A stretch of DNA of 64,000 nucleotides from positions 35,092,001-35,156,000 of the forward strand of contig OX597834.1 in NCBI GenBank assembly GCA_951406725.2. Direction: 5' to 3'. Position 1 is the stretch's first letter, and each line of letters begins with the position of its first letter. A model generated the notes under the pieces. The model saw only the letters and a list, made by a program, of their open reading frames with translations, was not told the DNA's origin and searched no databases. Shown in pieces: positions 1-15,917 of this stretch. Made by a program: the position numbers and the translations under genes. This DNA is from Octopus vulgaris. Its lineage: Eukaryota.

Positions 1-2679
1 TAAGGAAAAAAAGTCAAAGTAGAAAATGCTAAAATAATTTTATCATAAAAAACATTTTAGTACAGGTTTCAGTCGTTGAGACTTTTTCAACTCTAAGTAT
101 GGAAAACAATTAAATTTTGGAAAAATTAAATGAAAAGTTTTTTAAAAGAATATTTGAATGGTATTCAAAGACAAGAGGCATTTTCCTTGTTTCTGCCTGT
201 CTCCGTCTCTCTTGTGGGTTCGAGGTCATTGTAAATTCTTGGCAGAGGCGGAGAAGGAGAATGCAGAAGTGGTATGATAGTAGTAGGATGTTAAATGGTC
301 AAGTGCCCTGAAAGTGACTTGTGGATGGTAGTAGTGATTGAACTCTTGAGATATCTCTTTTGAATGTATTGTTTTTAATATTTATAATATATGTAACAAT
401 TTAATGTCCATGTTCCATGCTGGCATGAGTTGGTCTCATTCACTTGTCATTGCCTCTGTGAAGCTAAAAGTTCAGAGATTGTGCTTCACCACTTCATCCC
501 ATGTCTTTCTGGATCCACCTTTACCATAGGTTCCTTCCAGCTAGAGATCGGCACTTCTTTACACACCTGTCCTCATTCATACACATCACATGACCATACC
601 AGCACAGTCATCTCTATTTCTTTCAGTCATTTTACTGCAGCCATGCTGGAGCACTGCCTTTTTAGTTGAACAAATCGACCCCAGGACTTATTCTTTGTAA
701 GCCTGGTACTTATTTTTTCGGTCTCTTTTGCCAAACCTTTAAGTAATGGGGACATAAACACACTGGCAACAGTTGTCAAGCGATGGTGTGGGGGACAGAC
801 ACACAAACAAACATATATATATATATATATATATATATACCATGAGTTTCAGTTTCCGCCTACCAAATCCACTCACAAGGCTTTGGTTGGCCCAAAGCTT
901 ATAGTAGAAGACACTTGGCGAAGGTGCCACGCAGTGGAACTGAAACAAGCTTCTTACCACACAACCACTCCTGCACATTATTTATAGCGCCACCTCAACT
1001 GGCTTCCATGCTGGTGTCACGTAAAAAGCACCATCCGAATCGTGGCCGATGCCAGTGCCACCTCGACTGGCTTCCATGCCTGTGGCACGTAAAATGCACC
1101 AATCCGACCGTGGCCGTTGCCAGCCTCGCCTGGCACCTATGCAGGTGGCATGTAAAAAGCACCCACTACACTCACGGAGTGGTTGGCGTTAGGAAGGGCA
1201 TCCAGCTGTAGAAACATTGCCAGATAAGACTGGAGCCTGGTGCAGCCTTCTAGCTTCCCAGATTCCCTGGTCGAACCGTCCAACCCATGCTAGCATGGAG
1301 AACGGACGTTAAACGATGATGATGATGATGATAAAGTCATTAAATGACAGGGAAATAGTTTGATGAAATTTTATTTAACAATAAGAAAATTCTAATATCA
1401 TGGCAATATTTTCTGTAACTTTCTACACTCTTTGTTGTTTTCTCTTGTATTGCACGATATATTCTGTTTTGTAAAATGATACGTTGAGCTTTTTTTATGA
1501 GTACTACAAGATTACTTGAATCCATATATTGTGACACACACACACATATATTACATATATATATATATATTACATGTATATATAAATATATATATATATA
1601 TATACATACACACATTAAATCATTTCTTTAGTTTCTATGGCATCAAATCAATTACGTGTGTGTGTGTGCGTGCGTGTGTAGTGCTGTTTCTTTAGTTTGG
1701 TACCAACCAATTACAAAGCCAACAGCCAAAACTAAACGTTTTAAAAATTTTTTTATTTATTCATTATATTTACTTGCTGTACTAATAGAAGATCAATTTA
1801 GTTTAATTAGTTAACATGGCAACTAAACAGCACCTGCTGCCCATTAACTGTATCTTTATTAATTATCAAAGAGCAGAAGATAAAATACACACACACACAC
1901 ACACATAATTATTTTCCCACTATCTTTCAGAAATAATTCAATAATGGCACATTTACCATATTGTGTAATGGGGGTAGGGATATAGATAAAGGTGTGTGAG
2001 TGTGTGGGTGTCGGGGAGAACTGTACATTTGTGTATATGTAATTGGATAACCGAGTACCCCTTTTGGATATGGTCTACAAATGGGTATTAAGTGTTGGAT
2101 CAACTGTACTACCTGTATGTGTATGTGTGTGAGGGAGAGAGAGGGGGAGAGGGGGGAGAGAGTGTGTGTGTATGTGAGAGAGAGAGGGAGTGAGGCAGAG
2201 AGTGAGAGAGACAGAGTATGTGTGAGTGTGTGTGTGTGTGTGCATGACCAAGAGTGTGAGAGCAAGAGCGAGTGAGAGGTGCAAAATTTGTTGGGGCATA
2301 TTTTTTGTGGTTGGATGCTCTTCTTGTTGCCAATTCTTACCTGTTTCCAAGTAAGATAACGTTTCCTCATACAGACAGACATGTTTTCACAGAAGTTTAG
2401 CAACGATGGACACTGCTTGTATGACAGTGACTCTTGTTTACTACAATCACACACTGTCAAGACAAGCAAACATCAACTCTCTCTCTCACACACACATACA
2501 CACACACACACATACATACACACACATGATGGACTTCGTTCAATTTGTTACAAATCAACTCACAAAGCTTTGACTCTAATAGAAGACTCTTGCCCAAGGT
2601 GCCACACAGTGGGATTGAACTCAGAACCAAACGACTGAGAAGCAAGCTTCTTAACAACCACACAGTCATGCCTGTGCTA

Positions 2680-2720
<41 letters not shown>

Positions 2721-3506
2721 TTCTCAACAGACAGACAGATTGTAGCATAAAACTCAAGTTGTGAGACAAACTTTGTTTCAGCTTCAATAAAAAAAAAAAC
2801 TACACACACACACACACACACACATACATACATACACACACAGAGTGTGCATGTCTCTGTGTGTATATGTGTATGTCTGTGCATGCACACGCATGTATGT
2901 GTGTGACAAGCTACTCTGATGAAGATGTTTTAAGCAATGCTGCTATAAATAGTTCAGTCTAGGTTTAAGATTATGTCACACCACATTACACTGATTAAAC
3001 TGGGACAAATCAATCACAGAATGAAGAAAGAAGATAATTACATGCTTTCACTTTGTTTTGCTTTTTTTTTTTTTAGTATTCCATTTATTTATTTATTTAT
3101 TTTGTAATACTTCCCATCCTTCAATGCATTAAATGTCTCCATGTTCGACTAAAAACCATAGAGTACTAACTTACCCCACTCCTTTCACAGGTGAACATGG
3201 CAGACTACACAATGACTTCATCTGCTAAAAATAGCAATGAAATTTCCAAAAGGGTTTTTCTTTTAAGCTGTTGGCTTATTGGATCATATAATCCTGGATA
3301 TATACAAACAAGGTGTAGTAGTTTGAGACTCAGGCAAAATAGAAAAGTCATTGACATTTCAGACCTATGCCCTTCTACAGAAAGGAACGTGGGAAGAAAA
3401 CGATGAAGAGAGGACAAAAAGAAAAGGTTATACTGAATTGTTGTATCTTGTTGAAAGTTGTTGTTGTTTGTAATGAAAAATTAATCAAGTAAGAATTTTT
3501 TTTTGG

Positions 3507-3803
3507 TTCCTTCTCGAGCCATGCCTGGCTCATAAGGGCCGGTTTCCCGGTTTCCTTGGCGTATAGGTTCCCCACCTGGATGGGACGCCGGTACGTCACA
3601 GGTGAGCTGCCAGATGCAGGAGGAAAGAGAGAGAGAAAGTTGTGGCGAAAGAGTCAGCAGAAGTTCGCCATTACCTTCTGCCGGAGCTGTGTGGAGCTTA
3701 GGTGTTTCGCTCATAAACACACACATCGCCCGGTCTGAGATTCGAACCCACGATCCCTCAACTGCGAGTCCGCTGCTCTAACCACTAGGCCATGTACCTC
3801 CAC
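3507..3803 (-). mobile_element. tRNA-derived SINE family 4
   Basis: Minus-strand head with A box TGGCCTAGTGG and B box GGTTCGAATC; near-identical copy at 35606-35882. Confidence 0.85.
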
Positions 3804-6486
3804 AAGTAGGAATATGCAAAACTTTACAAGTTATATAGCAAGTGAGTGGCAGGAGGATTGTTTTTTAGCTCCAGGTCTACTAGTCTCATTTAACAGACCT
3901 AACTTTTTATTTGAAGACAGTCCACCTGTGACCATCACAATGCACCATTTTGTATATCAAAGATTAAATGATCCAATATGCATTTACTTTTTTGATTTAT
4001 TTTTGATTTTGTAACCAGAGTTTTCACTTCTATTTCTAGCAGATCAAGATGAGGATAAACAACAACAATAGCAACAAGCACTGCTTACATTTATATTGAC
4101 CCTTACACTAAGATTTCTTTATTCAGATCAGTAAAAAAGAAGAAGAAAAAACAAATAAAGAAAGAAAAGAAGAAGAAAGACTAAAGATCAATCAGGCTTG
4201 AATTATTTGATTCAATAAAACAGAATTTAAACAAATTTCTTTATTGAAATTTAACAGACCATTTATCCAGTCCAAGAGATTGTTTGCAAAATAGCAGCAG
4301 AGGCTACAACAACAATAACAACAACAAATTCTACCAGGAATAATAATAATAATAATAATAATAACATGAACTTCCAACCTTTTGCTTCTTGAGGTCTCTG
4401 GGTGAGACTTGGAGTCAACTTGTACAAATATAAAGCAAAAGTCAAACATAGAATAATAATAATAATAATCTTTTCTACTCAAGGCACAAGGCCCAAAATT
4501 TTTGGTGGGGAGGGGGACGGTCAATTAGATCAACCCCAGTATGCAAATGGTACTTAATTTATCAACCCCAAAAGGATGAAAGGCAAAGCTGACCTCAGCA
4601 GAATTTGAATTCAGAACATAGCAGTAGACGAAATACCTATTTCTTTACTACCCACAAGGGGCTAAACACAGAGAGGACAAACAAGGACAGACAAACGGAT
4701 TAAGTTGATTATATCGACCCCCAGTGTGTAACTGGTACTTAATTTATCGACCCCGAAAGGATGAAAGGCAAAGTCGACCTTGGCGGAATTTGAACCCAGA
4801 ACGTAACGACAGACGAAATACCATTAAGCATTTTGCCTGGCATGCTAATGATTCTGCCAGCTCACCACCAATAATGATGATGATGATGATGATGATAGTG
4901 TTAAATTTTGGCACAAGGGCAGCAATTTTAAGAGTAAAGGAATAGACAGTTACATCAACCCCAGTATTCAACTGGTACTTATTTTATTGACCTTGATTGG
5001 ATGAAAGGCAAAGTCAACCTCAGTAGAATTTGAACCCAGAACATAAAGAGGTAGGAGAACAGCTGCTAAGCATTTTGTCCAATGATGATGATGATGATGA
5101 TGAAGATGATGATATTTGTGTTCCAAGCAAAATATGGTTATGGGAAGAACTTGCTTTTGTGTGTTATTTTCTTATATGTTTCATCCTTTTACTTGTTTCA
5201 GTCAATTCGACAGCGGCCATACTGGAGCACCACTTTGAAAAATCAACCCCAGTTATCCTACTGATCTCTTTTGGCACACTGCTAAGTTACTGAGATGTAA
5301 ATGAACCAACAGCAGTTGTCAATTAGCGGGGACACACACACACACATATATACACACAACAAACTTCTTTCAGTTTCCATCTGCCTAATTCACTCATAGG
5401 GCATTGGTCAGTCAAGAGCTATAGTAGAAGACACTTGCTCAAGGTGCCACGCAGTGGGACTGAACCCGGAACCATGTGGTTGGGAAACAAACTGCTTACC
5501 ACACAGTCATGTCTGCACCTATGAAACATTAATTTAATTTCAATGCTCGATATATTTATTATAAAACAAAAAAAACCAAATTTATAGAACCAAAAAAAAA
5601 AAAAACGTGAAAACAAAAAAAAAAGAAACAAAAAATTCATCTTTCACTCATGCTGAATTTAGAAAGCAATTATGATTTGTCGCTGAGTTCGTTAAAAGAC
5701 AACAGAAGCTAGCTTATGAAGAAGAGGGAAGTACAATCAATAACGATTCTTAGTTATAGACTGTTATTTGAAGCGGACAATCACATCATCGGCGACGTTG
5801 ACCATAGTCATAACAGATTAAGAGATCACTTCAACAAACATTCTGCTGCCGCCGTTGCTGCTGCTGCTGCTACTAACCGAAAATTCTAAAAATACGTCCT
5901 TCAATCAACTTATATTGCAGATAAGGACAAGAGGGCGGAGAAAGAGGAACTTTAGAATAGCTTTGAAAAACAATTGAAATTATTATTATTATTATTATTA
6001 TTATTATCATTATTATTATTATCATCATGGTAGTGTCCAGCAAGCTGGATGACATGCTTACCAATATTTCATCTGTCTTTATGTTCTGAATTCTAATTCT
6101 ACATAGATTGATTCTGCTTCTCATCCTTTCGGTAACAATAAAGTACCAGTGAAATACTGGGGGCAATGCAATCAACAAACCCTCTTCCCCAAATTTCAGG
6201 CTTGTGCCTATATGAGAAATCATTATTATTATTATTATTATTATTAAAAAGGCGGCAAGCTGCAGAATTGTGTGCGTGCTTAACAAAATGCTTAGCGGTA
6301 TTTCACCCATCGCTACGTTCCGAGTTCAAATTTTGCCAAAGTCATCTTTGCCTTTCATCCTTTCAGTGGTCGATAAAATAAGTACCTGTTACATACTGGG
6401 GTCAATGTAATTGACTATACCCCTCCTCTAATTTTCAGGGCTTCCACCTATAGTAGAAAGATTATTATTGGTAGAAAGATTATTAG

Positions 6487-6742
6487 TGGTGTGCCATGAT
6501 ACACTAGTGTGCTACAGTACACCAGCAGCATCCTACGATACATTAACATGTCACAATACATAAGTAGTGCACCATGGCACACCAGTGTGCCATGGTACAC
6601 CATTGATGTACCATGTGACACTAGTGTGTCAGTGAATCAAAGGTATCCTACAATACACCAAAGTGCCACAATACACAAGTAATGCGCTATGGCACACTAT
6701 TAGGTCACGGTACACCAGTGGTATACCATGACTCACCAATGT
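6487..6742. repeat. Degenerate ~20-bp minisatellite (GTGTGCCATGGTACACCA-like)
   Basis: About a dozen diverged semi-palindromic units. Confidence 0.7.
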
Positions 6743-9700
6743 GCAAAGATATATTTGAGATCCACTGCGAACAGGCCCCATTTCAAGTTTTGATGTGTCA
6801 TAAGAAACCAACAAAGAGGGAGGAGCTGAGTGGAGAGATGGAAGCAAGTGGTTTTCAAAATCCTCCACCATTGGAGATGAGGAAATAATAAACAATTTAT
6901 TATTATGCAATTAAAATCCATAAGAGGCCAAGAGGCCATTTTCTGCTTATCATCATTATCATTGTTTAACACCCAATGTACCATGATTGTGTAGGTGCGA
7001 CAGAATTTGTTGAGGTGGATTTTATACAGTCAATGCTTACACACACACACACACACACACTTGCTTCCATTACTGGCTGCAAATTATTGATGAACTACAT
7101 CTGCCAATTTTAGGAGGTAATTCTGAGCCCTCAGAAACAGCTGTCAGACTTGTAAAACCTTCTCCTCTCTAATTCTTTGAATCTATGGGATGAGGTGGTA
7201 AAGCATGATACTGGAGTATTGGGCCTCACAGAGGCGATGTCAAGTGACCAAGATCCCTTGGCGATATGCTGTGCTTGAGAAGATTCACCAAGTCGAGTGA
7301 AATCATAGTTGAGGCGGATTTTATACAGTCAATGCTTACACACACACACACACACACACACAACATGCTTTCGATTTCCATCTACCAAATCCTCGCAAGG
7401 TTTTGGTTGAACCAGGGCTATAGTAGAAGATCTTTACTTGAGGTGTCGCACAGTGGAATTGAACCTGAGGCCAGGAAGCAAACTTCTTAGCACACATCCA
7501 TGTCTGTACCCTTCGCCTGACTGTATTTGTTGTTGTTGTTGTCATCGTCGTTCTTCTAATCTACTTCAACATCAGCCTTGACTGAGCAGACCTTTGATCA
7601 AAAGCATTCCAGTTATGACAATTAATAACAATCCAACATAATTTCTGACACACAATAGCCGGTTGAGCGACCACAAAAACACGCCTGTCTGCAGTGACTC
7701 TCACTGTCATATGAGAAGAACAAAGAGGAAGGAGATAAATGGGGCGAGTGCAAACATTCGTGAAAATCCTCTAACAACTGGACATGAATGGACTAAAAAC
7801 ATGTACTTAACACTTTGCCTATAAGACCCATTTTGCCCCACATTTTCTTTTGCACTAGCGCTAAAATTTTCTTATAAATTCCATTTTTTGTTTTGTTATT
7901 TTTTTTGGGGGGGGGGGGGGGTTCAATTTTTTAACCACATATGTTCTAGTTCCCTATATAAAGAGTGATCTTTAGTGTCGGTATCACCAGTGACTCCTGC
8001 AATAATTGGTACTCTGCCAGTTATGATGACAAGGGTTCCAATTGGTCTGATTAATGGGACAGCCTGCACATGAAATTAACATGCAAGTGGCTGAGTACTC
8101 CACTGACACATGCACCTTTAACATAGTTCTCAGGTATATTCAGTATGACACAATGTGACAAGGCTGGCCCTTTGAATTACAGGTACTATATATATTTCCC
8201 ATGAAATCAGGGCCACAACAGAGGCCCAGATGACCAGAAAGCAACTGCACTTCAGGGGGGGGGTATACAAGTTTACCTTCTCCTAGAAGGAAGTTCTAAC
8301 AGGAACTAGGGTTCCCTAACTCCCATTGGTTCACATGTTAGTTAACCCGTAGCTGGGACCCACCTAGTTGCTTTTATTCTGGATCAAACTAGACTGGGGA
8401 ACAATACTAGCAGAGAAGTGGTTCCACTCTCTTCAAAACCCTGGAACCCACTACCTGGGTCTCACTACTGGATGAAGTTTAAGGTCATACCTGGGATATA
8501 CACACACTGCAAGCTTCTTTCAGTTTTCGCCTACTAAATCCACTCACAAGTCTTTGGTCAGCCTGGGGCTATAATAGAAGTCACTCACTTGCTGGTGCCA
8601 TGCAGTGAGACTGAACCTGAAACCACAGGGTTGGAATGTACACTTCTTAACCACACAACCAAGCATGCACACAGAGAAGAAAAACAGGCCAAACAAATTA
8701 ACCTAAATTATTTAAATACATATTTTTTCCCCAAATATTTGTTTCAAAATAGAAAAAGGAAGACAAAACAGTCAATAAAGGCAGGGAATTTTATTGTAGC
8801 TAAGCACCAACATTAATTATTGTAGTTTATTATAGCAATCACATTAGCAATGACAAAAAAGGGTAAATTATTAAAATAACTAATTACATGAATTGCTTCT
8901 TCGACTTTTTTTTTCCGTCCATCATTATTAAGATTTATCATTTTATCAGGAATCAAATTGAAAAATAATTATTGATTTAATTTTTTTTCATTTCGGTTTT
9001 GTATTTGGTTTGCAAGATTCTTGATTTGAACATAAGTGTTGAAACAGATTTCGTTGTACCTTGGGGTGGGGTGGGGTGGGTGGGGTGGGGACATTATGCT
9101 AACAACAGGCACATGCACTGGTTCTATTATCATTACTACTACTACTACTACTACTACGCAACTGACAAACTACTTAACCAACTAACTAATTGATTCTTTG
9201 AGTATTCATTTGGTTAATCAAAAAGGACTTTGACAAACACAACCGATTGATTAACTGAATGATTAATCAAGCAATCAATTAGTCGGTTGGTTGGTTGGTT
9301 GGTTAAATAGTTAACCAACTAACGAGCCATAAAAAAGTGAAACTGAACCAATGCATGTGTTTATTATTGGCATAATGAACCTCCCAAGATACAAATTTTG
9401 CTTTATTTCATCTTCATCATCATCATCGTTTAACGTCCGTTTTCCATGCTGGCATGCGTTGGATGGTTTGACTGGGGTCTGGGAAGCCAGGAAGCTGCAC
9501 GCCCTTCCTAAAGCCAACCACTCCAAGAGTGTAGTAGGTGCTTTTTACGTGCCACCAGCACAGGGGTCTGAGGGGGCTGGCAATGACCACGATCGCTTGG
9601 TGCTTTTTATGTGCCACAGGCACAGAAGCCAGTCAAGGTTTTGCCTCCAAAGAGACAAATTCCCTTTAAAAACCCTAAATAAAAACCCAGCCTTGACTTT

Positions 9701-11112
9701 GAAATACTTGGCTACCAAATGTTTTCAAGCTTGTTACAAGCGCTTTATGCTGGGTAAGACTTTAAACTTCATCCAACAGTGGGGCCTTGATACACAAGTT
9801 CCAGGGATTTGAAGAGTGTGACACCCTTCTTAGCCACTATTGATCCCAAATATACTCAGACATGGAGAAGTAGCACTTGTTAGGGTCCCAACTACAGGTG
9901 AACAAGCATGTGTATCACCAGCTTCAACCCCAGGCTACATCTGCTCCAATAATTAATTAGCAGTGACTTGGTCAGTGAATCCATTACAATGGTTGACGAT
10001 GACAAAATGAGTTGCTATGGATCACACTGTCCCAAAGTGTGCATGCATGTGACCAGGGACCACATGTGAACTTGTATTCCCAGTGACACTCCGAACATGA
10101 ACTCTCCACCTCAACAACGAATGACATCTATGGCTATGGTATCCACACTTTCCAACGTACTTCTCTCCCAGTGGCACATTCATCAAATTTGCAAGCTGGA
10201 TTATTGAGGCCACAGGCAGAAGTATTACTTTGTCTGCTAGAATGTTAGGGCCAACCGAAGGATGTGGTCAGCATTTGTGAGGGACATGGTAAACTCATTG
10301 GTCAGAACCAGCTTGACCCAGCCTGGATAAATTCTATCACAAATATAAATAAATAAATGTGCCCTTTTAAAGCCTAGCCAGGCTCATGGTCCCAGTTTCC
10401 CAGTTTCTATGGCGTATGTGTTCCCCAGCTGGACGGGACGCCAGTCCATTGCAGCATTACTCATTTTTGCCAGCTGAGTGGACTGGAGCAACATGAAATG
10501 AAGTGTTCTGCTCAAGAACAAAACGCGTTGCCCGGTCCAGGAATCGAAACCACAATCTTATGATCATGGTACCCCCAAATAGTAGTACTTAGGTCATGTC
10601 CTTTGCCTGCACAAAGTGTACTTTTCTGTCAGCAACATAGTACCCAAGATCCTTGAAATCATCACCTCCTTGAATTACATGCAGATATCTTTCTACCATA
10701 TTCTCTCTCAGCCACACTGTTGCTTGTAATTCGTTCAACTAAAACTTCTTAAAGCGGTGCTCCAGCATGGCCACAGTAAACAAGTAAAAGATAAACAATA
10801 AAGAAACTACAGAGTATTTCTTCTCAGCCATAAGAGATCTTCTCCATTTTAAGCACCACCCAAATAATTTGACATTACATATCTCACAGATTGTTCTTGC
10901 TTCAATAGTAATTGGTGCCCTTGGCTCCATTCCTAACAAGACAACAACAACACATCAATTGGCTAAATATAAACCTATCATTGCATGTTAGTTGAAACAG
11001 CACTTCATGAAACTACCAGCATCCTGTGAAAGATACTTTGCCTGAGGTCATAGTACACGATGAAGAGCACCTAGTATGTATTCCCATTTTCAATCTGAAG
11101 CCATGTTATGAG

Positions 11113-11153
<41 letters not shown>

Positions 11154-13597
11154 AATGATGATAATAATAATAATGATAATAATAATTTTTGCCACAAGGG
11201 CAGCTTGGGGGAGGTGGGGATGATTCGATTACATCGACCCCAATGTTCAACTGATACTTATTTTATTGACCCCGAAAGGATGAAAGCCAAAGCTGATCTT
11301 AGTGGAATTTGAACTCAGAACACAGTGGCAGACGAAATACCTCTAAGCATTTTGCCCAGTGTGCTAGCAATGCTAACAATTCTGCCAGCTTGCCGCCAAT
11401 GATAATTTCAAATTCTAGCACAAGGCCAGCAATTTTAGAAGAGGAACTAAGTTGATTAAATCAACCCCTGTGCTCAACTGGTAATGATTTTATCGACCCC
11501 AAGAAGGATCAAAGGCAAAAGTTGACATTGATGAAATTAAACAGTCCTTTCTACAACAGATAGAAAGTGTGAAATTTTAGGGGAGAGGGTTAGTCAATTA
11601 CATTGACCCCTATGCTCAACTGGTACTTATTTTATTGACCCTGAGAGAATAAAAGGCAAAGTCAACCCCAGCAGAATTTGAACTCAGAATGTAAAGAGCC
11701 AAAAGAAATGTTATAAAACATTTTGTATAGTATGCTAACGATTCTGCCAGCTCAATACCTTAATAACTGTTTCCAATTCAGGCACCAGGCCAGCAATTTT
11801 AGGGGGAAAGGTTAGTCAATACCATCAAACCCAGAACTTGACTTATACATTATTTTATTTCCCCCAGAGGGAAGAAAGGCAAATTTAACTTCAGTAGGAT
11901 TTGAACTCACAACAGAGAAAACCAATGATTCTGCTGGTCCACCACATTATACAATTGATTCTGATTTAAGCACAAAGTTAGTAATTTTATAGTGAAAGGG
12001 TTTGTTAAACTGATCCCTGTAGTTGACTGGTAGTTTATACTAGAAGGATAAGAAAGGTGGTTAAGCTGGTAGAATCATTAGCTTGTCGGATAAAATGGTT
12101 AGGAACATTTTTCTGTTCTTTACGTTTTGAGTTCAAATCCTGGCAAGGTCATAAACTTTGCTTTTCATCCCTTTAGGGTGAAAAAAGTTGAGAAAGAAAA
12201 GTACCAGTCAAGTTCTGGGATCGATGTAATCGACTTGCCTGCTCCCATCAATATTGTTGGAATTCAACCCTGCAACAGACCGATATCCTGTTCAGTGGGT
12301 GGGATTGGGGTGGAATGTTGTGATCTTGGTCATTTAAACACCTTGGAAACTAGGTAAAAGGCAAAGATGGCCTCGACAGGATTTGAACTCAGAATATAGA
12401 AAACTAGAAGAAATACAGCAAAGTATTTTGTTCAATGCTCTGGAGGTGAGGAGAAAGATAAACTGAAATGAAGAGCCAAAGTAAATAAATAAATAAAAAC
12501 TATCATTTTTAGACAACACTAGGGTTACAGACATCAAGGGTTTTCACTTCAGACTGACTATCTTGCAATATTTAGTTGAGATCTGTGTTCAAACCCCATC
12601 CTGGAGTGTTCACATTACATTTAAATTTTTCTTATATTTCTTCGGTGTTGATAAAATGAGCAACAGTGAGAATTCTGCAAGTCAATGCGATTGGCTACAC
12701 CACACCTTCAGTTGGAAATTTCTGAAATTTTGCCATCAAAGAATATCAACATTACAAAGCAGAGATCTTAGGGAAAAAGAGCTTCTAATCTACTCAAACA
12801 CTCCCCATGTTGGTCTGGTGTTATCTCTTATGAAATGTAATACTTTAAACTACTTAGCAATATTTCAATACCATTTTGTTTACATATACTCCCATTACAT
12901 AGAATTTGATATGATAAATAATTTTTAAAAATAAAATAGCCTAAATGTTTATTTATCCTATACGTTTAGTGTGATAAATCTTAGGGATTAAGGAGATAAA
13001 TCCGGCATACACCATAGCAATCATTTGCATTCAAGAACACAAAATTAAATGTGAGGAGAAAGTTCAAAGTCTGGAAAGAGGCAAGGGCTGGAAGCTGATA
13101 CACTTGACAGCAGATGACGCTGGTAATGGCAGTGTCGGTCTCCTAGTCATCCCCACCTTCTATGCATCCCTTGAACCTGTCACATCCGTCTCTCAACAGG
13201 TACTCATCTCCATGGTTTTCTGTAATAAGAAATCTCAGAAATCATGGCCTAAACCAGCAATTATTATTATTATTGCTACTCACCAATTAGTATGGCAAAA
13301 GATGATGTATCTTCTATGATGACACACAGTGGGTCATCAATACCATTGGATGAAAGTCCATTCTAGCAATCCTCAGTGACTGGACTGCATGTCTACAAAC
13401 CTCACCACACAATCCATCGACATCTTCAGACAAACCAAATAGAATCTCTGATAGCTTCTCAGACTTTCTCACTCTTTTCTGTAAACACAGTTTTCCACAA
13501 GTACCATGACAAACTTTCCATGCACAAAGACCTATGAAAAGCAATGTGATCACAAATTGACCACATTGTCTGTCATTGAGAGTATTCTAATTCTGTT

Positions 13598-13922
13598 ATA
13601 ATGATAGCAATAATGACGATTACAATTATGATGATGATAATGATGACAGTAGCAATGATGATGATGATGTTGATAGCAATAATGATGGTTACAATGATGA
13701 TGATGATGATGATGAAGATAGCAATAATGATGGTTACGATGGTGATGGTAGCGACCAGAATGATGATGATGATAACAAGAGTAGTGATGATGATGATGAT
13801 AACAAGAGTAGTGATGATGATGATGATAACAATGGCAATTATGATGATGACGACAATGAAGATAATGACAATGCCAATGCTGATGATGATAGCACTGACA
13901 CCAACAACAGCAACAACAACAA
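13598..13922. repeat. Degenerate (ATG)n/(ATA)n trinucleotide tract
   Basis: Direct reading; it generates the poly-Met and poly-Ile ORFs. Confidence 0.9.
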
Positions 13923-14785
13923 TTTCTGCTGTTGATTTAAACCTCATCATTTTGTTTACATTTCACTCACATCGTCCCCTGTAAAACAAGGTGTTGATGA
14001 GATAGGGGTGAGGCAGGGGTACCTTGAGAGGGAAAGAGAATGAAGTGGGGGAGCGAACCTGCTCTGATCTTTCAAACAACATCTAATTTAGTATGTAGGC
14101 TTATAAATATCTCAAAGAGATGGGTTTGTTTATTTATTTGTTTGGATTAAGTGGTGGGGTGGGGTGGGGGGACATTTTTGCTTGTTTCTTTTAGTTTTTT
14201 TTCTTTTTTTGTTTTTGTTTTCCGAAATACATTGTGAAAAAATTTCTCCTGTATCCTCAACGTTTATAACATTCCTATGCATGTTATGTGTGTGTGTATG
14301 TAATGGTATTTTGTCAGAGCTTGAAATAAACAGCCATTAAATATGAGAATATCTTCAGAGAAAAACATCAACAAAAAAAAAACAGCAAGAAAGAAAAAAA
14401 GAAAAAGAACCATGAAAACGAAAGAGAATAAAATACAATGTCATTTTCAAGTTCAGTCACAAAACATTACGATTTGGTTTCTTATTTTTGTGCGGAATTC
14501 TGAGAAGTGTGGGTAGGGTAGGCGTGGGGGTTGGGGGTAAAGAACCTCCAGATCACAAACAGTTAAAGTCTTTGATGAATAGATAAGTAGAACTCTCTAG
14601 ATAGATTTCGGCTGGGATGTTGCTGTTTGTTTGTTTGTTTTTTTTTGTTTTTGTTTTGTTTTTTTTTTGGTTTATTTATTTATTTATTTACTGAATATTG
14701 AAAGAATGGTGATGGTACCACCACAGTCTATTAGCTGACATTGATGAAACATGGATAAAATGAATTTCATATATATAGGTATATA

Positions 14786-14820
<35 letters not shown>

Positions 14821-15319
14821 CATCATCATCATCATCATCATCGTTTAACGTCCGTTTTCCGCGCTAGCACGGGTTGGACGGTTCAACCGGGGTCTGGGAA
14901 GCCAGGGCCGCTCCAGGCTCCAGTCTGATTCTGGCAGAGTTTCTACGGCTGGATGCCCTTCCTAACGCCAACCACTCCGTGAGTGGATTGGGTGCTTTTA
15001 CGTGCCACCTGCACAGGGGCCGGGGGTCCGGCATCGGTCACGATCGGTTCGAGCTTTTAACGTGCCAGGGACACGGGGGCAACGGGATGCGGGGTAGAGT
15101 TGAGTTGGGGGGGTCCAGCTGAGAAAGGTTTCACCAGTGAAAAGAGAGGGAGAGATAGTAAAGGGGTGCAGGTAATATAGGGGAGCACCAGTGGGGAAGG
15201 TTGGGGGAGGAGGAACGATGGCAGGAAGGGTTGGTGAAGGTTCGTAAGAAATATAAACGTAGGATGTGTATATATATATATGGGTAGGTGTGGGGAAGGT
15301 TGGGTGGGTAATATATATA

Positions 15320-15320
15320 T

Positions 15321-15379
<59 letters not shown>

Positions 15380-15380
15380 T
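15320..15380. repeat. (GATA)n microsatellite
   Basis: Direct reading; a complementary (TATC)n tract lies at 43233-43373. Confidence 0.95.
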
Positions 15381-15616
15381 ACATACATACACACAAGCAC
15401 ACACAAACAAAATCATTATTAGCAAGACTCAATTTGGTGGGAAAAAACAAAAGAAAAATAAAAAAAAAAAAAAGAAACTCAAAAAATGGTTGTAGCATTG
15501 TGCTGAATATATATATATATATACATGCACACGCACATACATACACACATCTATATATACACTCACATCTACACACACATGCGCACTAATGCTTCACAAT
15601 TCTTTAACACCCTGCA

Positions 15617-15658
<42 letters not shown>

Positions 15659-15866
15659 GCGCACACACACACATATATACACATACACACAAGACTTGCT
15701 TCATATGCATGTCAAACATATGGAAAAAAGTTGTCTAATGTAAACGCGAGTATGTGTGTGTGTGTGTGTGTGTGTGTGAATGATGATAATTTGTTCAACA
15801 TGCTGAACACAGATCATACAAAGATAGCATCTTTTTTTTTACATCTCCACATTTGAGTAACAGAGA

Positions 15867-15917
<51 letters not shown>

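Noticed and set aside
3725-3803. tRNA-like sequences (also 35805-35882, 35948-36020, 58075-58135)
   Set aside because: These are SINE heads with A/B boxes but no complete acceptor stem, and they are continuous with repeat bodies.
9780-11100. Complex sequence possibly coding
   Set aside because: No sustained ORF or splice pattern; probably old LINE debris interrupted by SINEs, and I could not assign it.
13573-13984. Poly-Ile and poly-Met ORFs resembling membrane proteins
   Set aside because: Translations of a degenerate (ATG)n tract on both strands.
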